Origin: an uncultured Spirochaetaceae bacterium
Lineage (GTDB): Bacteria > Spirochaetota > Spirochaetia > Sphaerochaetales > Sphaerochaetaceae
Direction: 5' to 3'
Assembly: GCA_964582905.1 (NCBI GenBank)
Contig: CAZOTY010000001.1
Span: forward strand, 15,954 to 79,953
Length of the DNA stretch: 64,000 nucleotides
Each line of letters opens with the position of its first letter. The first letter of the stretch is position 1. The translations under genes and the position numbers were made by a program. Under the pieces are notes generated by a model, which was given only the letters and a program-made list of their open reading frames with translations, searched no databases and was not told the origin of the DNA. Shown piece after piece: positions 37,521 to 45,398 of the stretch.

Positions 37521-39122
37521 TTACTGAAGTCCCTTACCAGTTACATTTTCCTTCCACCAAGCAGAAGCCTGTGGAACTCTGTTGTTTGAACCATCCTGAT
37601 TAATATTACCGAAGAGATACTTAGCTTCGAGAACTCTGCTGAGATCTTTCCAAGTATTGAACCAGCTGGTTGCTGTCTGGTTAGCATATGCTGTCAAGAG
37701 AGCAACTGCGCCTTCAGTATTTCCTTCTCTAATCATCTTAGCAGCGATATTCTGCATGATGAATGTTGTTTCATACTGAGCAGCCATGAGAGGATCTCTT
37801 AAAGCTCTGATATCTTCAATAGCATTCATATAGTTCTGAGAAGCCATAATCTGAACATCTGCAGATACCCAGAATCCTGAATTCTCATCATACTCAGCTC
37901 TTGTTCCTGTTCCGAAGAATGAAGGAAGAGAAGTCTGTGAAGCGAAAATCGGTGTCATATAAGTTGAATCTGGTGCAGCCCATCCGAAGTATGCCAAACA
38001 CTTAGCATCGTCAGGGAGCCATGACTTGATATTGCTGATCCAAATATATGTGCATCTGTAACAGTTGATAGATCTGTCGAGGTTAGGATAGAGTGGGTTT
38101 CCATAAGGACCAGAAGCATACTTCTGAGTAAGGTCGAACTCTGTTCCTACATAGTAGTCTGAACAAACCTGTCTGATATCTTCAACAGATACCGGCTTAG
38201 CTGGCTTGAATGTCAAAGGCCAGTTGTAGTCGTGATCAGGATCATCTTCCTTGATGTCAAGGCTTGGATTTAAGAGAGTCATTGCTCTCCATTCTCTTCT
38301 TGTTGAGTATGGTCTCTGTGGGTATGGAGCGAAGATTCTGCAAGGAACGAATTCACCCTTTCCATCCCAAAGATCGTTCTCAATAGCGAAGTCTTTGATG
38401 TCAGCTGGGTATACCCAGTTTTCTGTATCATCCCAATCGATGTGGTTGATTCTAGCGCGGTTAGCACATACGAAAATTTCATCATCTGGTACTCTGAAGC
38501 CAACATAAATATGTCCGCCGTAGAACTCTACGACCCAAGCTTCGTTTCCATCACAGATGTTGATACATTCAGGTGTACCGTTCCAGCCAAATTCTTCAAC
38601 AAGTGCTGTCATTGCCTGAACAGCTTCTCTAGCTGTTGAGCAAGTCTCTAAAGCATAATCCTGAAGCATGTAGCAGTCGATAATACCTTCGTTTGCATCA
38701 TAAACTTTCTTTAATTTCTGTCCCTGTTCGCTGTTTCTGTTGTATGAACAAGTTGATTCACCCATTGCCAGACCTTTGTCGTTGATGAATGAATACATAC
38801 CATGGATATACTGGTTGGTTGGCTTGTCATATGTAATCTGAGCAAGTGCTAAACCGTTTGTACCATAGTTTTTGACTTCAGGGAACTGTGAATAATCAGC
38901 ACCAGCTCTGCCATCAAGAACAATGTCTCTGACTGTTCCTGCTGGCATTGATGGGATGATCCAGAGTCTTAAATCGTCACTTGTTGAGTCACAAGTGTGG
39001 CTAGTCATTGTTGAGCCATCAATAGTAGCTTTCTTACCAATAGCGAAGATTGTACATGCCATTACTGACTGTGCTGCTAAGAGGCAGATTAAGCCGATAA
39101 TTAAAACCTTTCTCATTTTCAT
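37521..39122 (-). CDS. Secreted C69-family Ntn-hydrolase dipeptidase (paralog 2)
   Basis: 533 aa. ...AAQSVMA/CTIFAIGKKATIDGSTMTSHTCDS. Highly similar to paralog 3 along its full length. Confidence 0.8.
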   Translation of the reverse strand: MKMRKVLIIGLICLLAAQSVMACTIFAIGKKATIDGSTMTSHTCDSTSDDLRLWIIPSMPAGTVRDIVLDGRAGADYSQFPEVKNYGTNGLALAQITYDKPTNQYIHGMYSFINDKGLAMGESTCSYNRNSEQGQKLKKVYDANEGIIDCYMLQDYALETCSTAREAVQAMTALVEEFGWNGTPECINICDGNEAWVVEFYGGHIYVGFRVPDDEIFVCANRARINHIDWDDTENWVYPADIKDFAIENDLWDGKGEFVPCRIFAPYPQRPYSTRREWRAMTLLNPSLDIKEDDPDHDYNWPLTFKPAKPVSVEDIRQVCSDYYVGTEFDLTQKYASGPYGNPLYPNLDRSINCYRCTYIWISNIKSWLPDDAKCLAYFGWAAPDSTYMTPIFASQTSLPSFFGTGTRAEYDENSGFWVSADVQIMASQNYMNAIEDIRALRDPLMAAQYETTFIMQNIAAKMIREGNTEGAVALLTAYANQTATSWFNTWKDLSRVLEAKYLFGNINQDGSNNRVPQASAWWKENVTGKGLQ

Positions 39123-39154
39123 AAATAAATTTTCCTAAACTTTAATACAAATTA

Positions 39155-40756
39155 CTACTGTAAATTCTTACCAGTTACGTTTTCCTTCCACCAGTCAGAA
39201 GCCTGCGGAACTCTATTGTTTTTGCCATCTGTATTGATATTACCGAAGAGGTACTTAGCTTTGAGAGTTCTGCTGAGGTCTTTCCAAGTATTGAACCAGT
39301 CAGTTGCTGTCTGGTTAGCATACATTGTCAAGAGAGAGATAGCACCAGCACTATTTCCTGATTTGACCATTGAAGAAGCCATATCCTGGATAGCTGCAGT
39401 TGTCTTGAACTGTTCTGTCATGATTGGGTTTCTCAATGCTCTGATATCTTCAATAGCATTCATGTAGTTCTGGGAAGCCATAATCTGAACTTCTGCAGAT
39501 GCCCAGAATCCTGAGTTAGGATCATACTGAGCTCTTGTTCCAGTCTCAAAGAATGAAGGAAGAGAAGTCTGGGATCCGAAAATAGGTGTTAAGTAAGTTG
39601 AATCAGGTGAACCCCATCCAAAATATGCCAAACATCTTACTTCTGCTGGATACTTTGCGTTGATGCTGCTAATCCAGAGATATGTACATCTGTAACAGTT
39701 GATTGATCTTGTCAAACCTGGATAGAGTGGGTTTCCATAAGGACCAGCTGCATAAGAATTTCTAAGATCAAGTTCTGTACCCTGATAGTAGTTGCAGCAG
39801 ATGTCATAGATTGTCTGAACAGAAACTTTCTGCTTTGGCTTAACAAACATTGGCCAGTTATAGTCGTGGTTAGGATCTAAGCGGTCAATCTTGAGATCTG
39901 GATTCAAAAGCTTCATAGCCATCCATTCTCTGTTTGTTGAATATGTTGAACCTGGGTTTGGACAGAAGATTCTGCAAGGAACGAATGCACCTTTACCATC
40001 CCAAAGACCGTTGTCGATTGTCCACTGTCTTAGGTTTGTTGTGCAGAGGTAGTTCTTAGAATCGTTGAAGTCAAACTTGTTGATTCTAGAGCGGTTAGCA
40101 CATACGAAAATAGAATCATCTGGAACTCTTACAGCAACCCATACGTTTCCACCATAGAATTCCATTGCCCAAGCTTCGTTACCATCACAGATTGTGAAGC
40201 ATTCTGCTGAGTTTGCACCGTTCCAACCATATGTTTCAACGATATCGCCCATGTAAAGGACAGCTTCTCTTGCAGTAGAACAGTTCTCTAATGCTAAGTC
40301 CTGAAGCATATAAGCATCAATGATACCTTCATCGCGTGTGAAAATTTCATTAAGTTTTTTTGTCTGCTCATTGTTTCCTGAATACCAGCATGTTGATTCA
40401 CTTATTGAAAGACCTTTGTCATTCAAGAATGAATACATGCCATGGATGTACTGGTTAGTTGGCTTGTCAACTGTGATTTCACCAAGAACAAGAGAAGTTG
40501 GTCCATAGTTCTTCTCAGCTGGGAAGTTTGAATAATCAGCTCCAGCTCTTGAACTTAAGACGATATCTCTAACTGTTCCAACCTCCATGGATGGAATAAT
40601 CCAAAGTCTTAAATCGTCACTTGTACTATCGCAAGTGTGGCTGGCCATTGTTGAGCCATCCACAGTTGCATTCTTTCCAACGGCGAAGATTGTACAAGCG
40701 AAGATGCTATTAACTGCAATAAGAGCAACTAATACTGCAACTAAAAGTTTTTTCAT
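39155..40756 (-). CDS. Secreted C69-family Ntn-hydrolase dipeptidase (paralog 3)
   Basis: 533 aa. ...AVNSIFA/CTIFAVGKNATVDGSTMASHTCDS. The C-terminal NRVPQASDWWKENVTGKNLQ nearly matches paralog 2. Confidence 0.8.
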   Translation of the reverse strand: MKKLLVAVLVALIAVNSIFACTIFAVGKNATVDGSTMASHTCDSTSDDLRLWIIPSMEVGTVRDIVLSSRAGADYSNFPAEKNYGPTSLVLGEITVDKPTNQYIHGMYSFLNDKGLSISESTCWYSGNNEQTKKLNEIFTRDEGIIDAYMLQDLALENCSTAREAVLYMGDIVETYGWNGANSAECFTICDGNEAWAMEFYGGNVWVAVRVPDDSIFVCANRSRINKFDFNDSKNYLCTTNLRQWTIDNGLWDGKGAFVPCRIFCPNPGSTYSTNREWMAMKLLNPDLKIDRLDPNHDYNWPMFVKPKQKVSVQTIYDICCNYYQGTELDLRNSYAAGPYGNPLYPGLTRSINCYRCTYLWISSINAKYPAEVRCLAYFGWGSPDSTYLTPIFGSQTSLPSFFETGTRAQYDPNSGFWASAEVQIMASQNYMNAIEDIRALRNPIMTEQFKTTAAIQDMASSMVKSGNSAGAISLLTMYANQTATDWFNTWKDLSRTLKAKYLFGNINTDGKNNRVPQASDWWKENVTGKNLQ

Positions 40757-40773
40757 ATCTTTCTCCTCAGAAA

Positions 40774-42105
40774 TTATTTAACCTCTACAGGTTTGTGGTA
40801 TACAACGAATGCACGATCGGAATTCTCCGGTGCGCTTGGATCGAGTAAGAATGCTCCTACACTATCCTTTCCAGATTCCTCGATTTCCTTCATTTCGAGG
40901 TATGTTGGGAAGCTACAAATTATCTCAAGTTCTGGGTAGTACGCACTAGCCCAATCAATAATCTGCTGAGTTCCACTTAAGTGTCTGCCGACTCTGTACC
41001 ACATTGGAGTACCGAACTCCATGTCGTATGGGAAGTAGGTGAGACCCTTGTCAGTTACTTTCTGTAAGAATTCATCTTTACCTTCAGTCATCAAAGCCTC
41101 GGTTCTTGGTCCGGTAACTTTATCGATAAAAATTTGAGGTGTTTCCATCAGAAAGGTTAAAGAATCTGACCAGTCTGCCCATTCACGGTGTGATAGACCA
41201 TGCAATGTGTTAGGACTTGATTCACTCTTCATCAAAAACTGATCTGCCAAGGCCATACTTGCCAAGAATGCAATATCCAAGCTACTGTTCTTTCCTTCAA
41301 CTTCTGGTTCGACATATTCCCATTTCTCATAAGGAATATTCTCTCCAGCAAGGATTCTATCTCTGATTTCCTGCTTCAAGATTTTTGCTGGTGCAACGTA
41401 TGTTGAAGTAACAGGATAGAGAATTTCAGCTTCGTGCATATCTATAGCAATATCAACATCTTCCTGTCTGATGATTTCCATAACAGCATATGCAGCTCTC
41501 TCTGTTAAGGTACCATTCTTTCTTCCAGGGTAGGTTCTGTTAAGGTTTCTTATATCTTGATATGCAAGATTTTGTCCAGATGGATAGTTAACATATGTGA
41601 ATGGATCTGGCCACTGATCAAGTGGATTTGCATATCTATCTCCAATACGCCATTTGCTTGTTCCCCAGTCAGAATCTGTATGGAAGAACATAGGATAAGC
41701 GTCACCTAACATACCTTCAGTTGAACCTGAATAGTTCGCTCTTGGAACAATGATTACTTTACCCTTATCTACCTTAATATTCTCAAGCATGAGGTATGCT
41801 GCCATTGTGGAAGCTGGCTCGTATGCATGAGGACCACCATTGATGAATACTGTACCTCCTTCAACACCACTGTCGAAGATAAATACAGGTGTATCCATCC
41901 AAGTTCCCTTTAAGGATGGAACATAATCACTAAACCATTTGATTTCTGTACAGTCTTCACTTAAGACGATAACTTCCTTGAAGTGTCTGAGTGTCCAGAA
42001 TTCGTATCCTGCAATACCAGCAATGATAAGTGCTATTACAAGAACGATAATCTTTTCAATTAATATAGCTTTTGCACTAGGTGCTTTCTTTTCTTTTTTT
42101 GCCAC
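40774..42105 (-). CDS. Membrane-anchored M14 / AstE-AspA-like zinc hydrolase (paralog 1)
   Basis: 443 aa. N-terminal TM anchor (IIVLVIALIIAGIAGY). Motifs NGGPHAYE, NRTYPGRKNGTLTE and DMHEA mirror 32062-33207. Confidence 0.6.
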   Translation of the reverse strand: MAKKEKKAPSAKAILIEKIIVLVIALIIAGIAGYEFWTLRHFKEVIVLSEDCTEIKWFSDYVPSLKGTWMDTPVFIFDSGVEGGTVFINGGPHAYEPASTMAAYLMLENIKVDKGKVIIVPRANYSGSTEGMLGDAYPMFFHTDSDWGTSKWRIGDRYANPLDQWPDPFTYVNYPSGQNLAYQDIRNLNRTYPGRKNGTLTERAAYAVMEIIRQEDVDIAIDMHEAEILYPVTSTYVAPAKILKQEIRDRILAGENIPYEKWEYVEPEVEGKNSSLDIAFLASMALADQFLMKSESSPNTLHGLSHREWADWSDSLTFLMETPQIFIDKVTGPRTEALMTEGKDEFLQKVTDKGLTYFPYDMEFGTPMWYRVGRHLSGTQQIIDWASAYYPELEIICSFPTYLEMKEIEESGKDSVGAFLLDPSAPENSDRAFVVYHKPVEVK

Positions 42106-42118
42106 GCTATTACCCCTT

Positions 42119-42292
42119 TTACTTTATGTACAGAACCCTTAGTAAGAAAGGGATAATGCAGTATGCATACATGATGTCATTTACAACACCAAGGTGAGTC
42201 TTTCTTTTCCAGAAGCTCTTAATCAGACTTAAGCCAATAAGAGCTGCCATCAAAAAGTATATAGCTCTAACTAAATTTTCTAAAAATACCAT
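42119..42292 (-). CDS. 57-aa small membrane protein (below the ORF-track cutoff)
   Basis: My own translation gives MVFLENLVRAIYFLMAALIGLSLIKSFWKRKTHLGVVNDIMYAYCIIPFLLRVLYIK. The ATG is preceded by GGAGGATGTT. It fills the gap between the permease (ends 42305) and the hydrolase (starts 42105) almost exactly. Confidence 0.6.
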   Translation of the reverse strand: MVFLENLVRAIYFLMAALIGLSLIKSFWKRKTHLGVVNDIMYAYCIIPFLLRVLYIK

Positions 42293-42304
42293 AACATCCT
42301 CCTC

Positions 42305-43612
42305 TTAATACAAGAACGCGAACTTTGCTGGCCAGATCATCATGATAACTGCCATGATACCAAGAGCTAGCATAGGAACGAGTGCTGAAGCGAAGAATTT
42401 CCAATAATTCTTTCCATAACCTGTTTCTTCACAAGCAAGTCTTCCAACGATTCTTGATGGTGGCAGACAGTCACCAAGTGGGAAGATGAGTGAAAGTGCA
42501 GCACAAATAACTGTTACGTCCATACCTAATGTGTTGAACATAAAGATAAGTGGTCCACCGATAACAACAGATACACCATAGTTGAAGCATCCCTGCATGA
42601 ATGGTCCTATAATTAAGATTGATGCGTAAATTAATACAAGTGGTAAGCTTAAACACGTTGATCCGATGAGACCCCTGACACCTGTAGCCGCCATGGCACT
42701 CTGAAGAACACCAATTGACAAAACGTTAGCTACGAGTGGGAAAACCTGTTCCATTGTGTTATCGAAGATGTTGATGTATTCCTTAAAAGAAATCTTCTTT
42801 GGATTACAGAGAATAGCAACGATAGCTGCAATGATGAACATTAATGGAAGACCAATTACTGGCATTGACCATGGTGCATATAATCCTAATAAGAAAAGAA
42901 CTACGATTGCTAATGCTGGGATTAACATTCTCCACCAAGTCATTCCTTCTGTTTTTGGAGGAAGAGCAGCAAGAGCAGATTCTCTGCTTTCTGGTTTAGC
43001 ACCCCAACCACACCAGATGATACAAATAGCACCAGCGATTACGATTGGGATTAATAAGAGCCAAGTAAATCCTACATAAGGCATATTTGCCTGAGCTGTC
43101 ATAAGCATAGTCCAAAGGTTAATTGGAGGAGCTGCAGCAGAGAGGATAGCAAAGAAGAATACGAAAACTGTTCTCTTCTTCTGGCTAACACCTAAGTGGC
43201 TTAATACTGTATTTGTTAATCCACCAAGAACGAACAATGATACTGAACCTGCACCAGTTAAAGCACCAGGAATAAGCATCAAAATGCCCATGATTGTCAT
43301 TAACAACCATTTGTTTCCTATTTTGGAAACAAGTCCACGTGTGATTGTAGAAACAGCACCACTATGTGAATAGATGTTTACGAAAATTGATGCAGCAATG
43401 AAGAGCATTGCTAAATCCAAGTTAACGAACAGTCCTTCGACTAGGTACCTGACCGGGCTACCCAAGGCAGGTACTGCTATAACGCCAGCAATAGCCAGTA
43501 CTACAGCAGCAACAACCATTGAAATGTCGGGGGACTTTAAGAAGATACTGCTTAATGTAAATGCAATAAGCATAACGATTAAGAGTATCAAAGTTAGCAT
43601 TGTCATCGACAT
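42305..43612 (-). CDS. Ion-transporter-superfamily permease (DctM/TctA-like large membrane subunit)
   Basis: 435 aa, about 12 TM. G-rich helix-break motifs (LIPGALTGAGSVSLFVLGG) resemble the large subunits of TRAP/TTT-type carriers. The exact family is not resolved by eye. Confidence 0.5.
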   Translation of the reverse strand: MSMTMLTLILLIVMLIAFTLSSIFLKSPDISMVVAAVVLAIAGVIAVPALGSPVRYLVEGLFVNLDLAMLFIAASIFVNIYSHSGAVSTITRGLVSKIGNKWLLMTIMGILMLIPGALTGAGSVSLFVLGGLTNTVLSHLGVSQKKRTVFVFFFAILSAAAPPINLWTMLMTAQANMPYVGFTWLLLIPIVIAGAICIIWCGWGAKPESRESALAALPPKTEGMTWWRMLIPALAIVVLFLLGLYAPWSMPVIGLPLMFIIAAIVAILCNPKKISFKEYINIFDNTMEQVFPLVANVLSIGVLQSAMAATGVRGLIGSTCLSLPLVLIYASILIIGPFMQGCFNYGVSVVIGGPLIFMFNTLGMDVTVICAALSLIFPLGDCLPPSRIVGRLACEETGYGKNYWKFFASALVPMLALGIMAVIMMIWPAKFAFLY

Positions 43613-43648
43613 GAGGAAATTCCTTTATATTTTTGTTATAAAAAATTA

Positions 43649-44257
43649 CTATTTAATGAAAATCTGCTTGCAGAGATTTGAGAATTCAAGAGCTGAGTCA
43701 ACAGTTGTTAGAGGAATACCATACTGCTGGCTAATCTTGTCAAATCTTCCATCTGGGTTAGAAGCCTTTAAGACAACCATCCAGTCAGAAACAGGGCAGA
43801 TTAAATCAATAATTCTTTCGTTTCCGTTTGTAGGAAGCTTTGGAGCTCTCTTATCCTGTTCGATGTGAACTGCAACGATAGGCATGCCCTGCTTTTTAGC
43901 AGCATCAATAACCTTCTTGAGGTTGTTAATTTCATCTTCGATAGTGATACCAGAAGCACCTAAGCCCTTATCTGTGGTTCCGATAACAGCAACTAATACT
44001 TTGTATTTGCCACTATTGATCTCATCAAGTCTTTCAGCTGGTTCATCTTCAAGGAAGAAGTCTGTTCCAAGTTTGAAAGCCTTAGACATATTGATTAAAA
44101 GTCTTAACTGCTTTGATCCTGGGCCCTGTCCTGCTGAAGTAAGTAGGAATGGGCAGTCATAAGTTTTAATTGGAGCTCCTGAAACAGTTGCAAAAACCTG
44201 TGCAGGGAGAGCAATTAAAGTAAGTATTAATACAACAAGAAAAACTGATTTTTTCAT
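43649..44257 (-). CDS. Secreted alpha/beta protein of unknown function, first gene of the operon
   Basis: 202 aa. Signal peptide MKKSVFLVVLILTLIALPAQVFA. Rossmann-like alternation (KVLVAVIGTTDKG..., MPIVAVHIE...). RBS AAGGAGACGG. Confidence 0.5.
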   Translation of the reverse strand: MKKSVFLVVLILTLIALPAQVFATVSGAPIKTYDCPFLLTSAGQGPGSKQLRLLINMSKAFKLGTDFFLEDEPAERLDEINSGKYKVLVAVIGTTDKGLGASGITIEDEINNLKKVIDAAKKQGMPIVAVHIEQDKRAPKLPTNGNERIIDLICPVSDWMVVLKASNPDGRFDKISQQYGIPLTTVDSALEFSNLCKQIFIK

Positions 44258-44295
44258 GAGTACCGTCTCCTTTATAGTGTTGTTATGGTATGAAA

Positions 44296-44325
44296 TTATA
44301 AATTCATACTCTAACCTATTGTAAA
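44296..44325 (-). promoter_or_regulatory. Candidate sigma-70 promoter for the 44257-to-35840 operon
   Basis: Minus-strand reading TTACAA - 18 nt - TATAAT, with the -10 element about 35 nt upstream of the first ATG. Confidence 0.4.
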
Positions 44326-45028
44326 CCGAAAATTTTATTAGTGGTAGTAAATTATTTATTCTTAAATATTTTTTAATTTTCTTAGGAATACATAAAAAAT
44401 CGATAAAAATTTTGTTGAAAGCCTAAGAAATTTAGATTGGTAAATTATGTTTTCACAATACATAAAACTTTAAAACTGACAGAAATCCAGAAAGAAATTT
44501 TACAGTTACATAATACGACTAATAAAATTTTGATAGATTAAATTCTTATAAATAAAAAACTTAGCGAAGGAAGATATAAAAAGAACTAAAAAAAATCAAA
44601 AAGACTTAGTCTTATATTTTCTTAAATTTTTGAAAAATTTAAAAAAATTGATTGTTTAAAGCTTGAAGATGCAGTAAAAAATTTTTTTTTGCAAAGTTAC
44701 AGAACTTTTAATGATTTTTGTATCTTAAAACCATCTTTTCAATTTTAATCCGAATATACTATATATCGCATTTCAGGGCTTCAGTCATGGATATGGGTTT
44801 ATCAAAAAATCTCCTCGCGCGTACGCGTATATATTCTAAGGATTAGTAAATTAATATATCTCTGATTATTGAGCGTATGATTCTATTCGCTTATTTTGTT
44901 TTCAAGGCCGGTTATATTTAGAGATAAGCTATTATTTGTATGCTGGGATAGTACAGAATGATGAAGGCGGATTACAGTATTTCGGAATGATCCTTCATTT
45001 TTAAAAGCATTCGTTAGATATTTTTATG

Positions 45029-45046
45029 TTAGACCTGCAGGTCTAA
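45029..45046. promoter_or_regulatory. Perfect 18-bp palindrome TTAGACCTGCAGGTCTAA (operator-like)
   Basis: Read directly and checked for self-complementarity. It is isolated in a long AT-rich non-coding region. Confidence 0.35.
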
Positions 45047-45398
45047 TCTTAAATATTGGTTAATGATATAGAGCGCTTTCAAATTATTATTAGCGTTTTT
45101 CCTGACATTTGAAGAAGGCAACAGTGATAATCCATATATTGCACAACACAAACATCTGGCTCTGCTGGCGAATTTATGTAATAAAGAATATACGGAGTAC
45201 TGACAAATCAAAGTGGTAGTTCATTAAGGCAACTTTCTTTATCGGTAATGTTCAAAAAAAACGAAAAACCGCAAAATTTTAGCTGAATTGCGTATTTCTA
45301 TCATATACATTATAAATAATAAATTCCGAAATAGGATTTAAATATTATTAATAATAAATGATTGAACTCTAAAAAGCTTCGGCTATAATTTTAGATAT

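Larger units (their letters stand above)
35840..40756 (-). repeat. Tandem triplication of a ~1.6 kb C69 peptidase gene unit
   Basis: Three head-to-tail paralogs separated by 32-37 nt. Copies 2 and 3 are visibly similar at DNA level (compare 37521-37720 with 39155-39354). Copy 1 is more diverged. Confidence 0.85.

Noticed and set aside
45029-45211. 60-aa ORF in the AT-rich intergenic region
   Set aside because: It is exactly at the reporting threshold, has no RBS and has Cys/Leu/Asn-rich nonsense-like sequence. Its end coincides with the 18-bp palindrome, which is the more credible feature.
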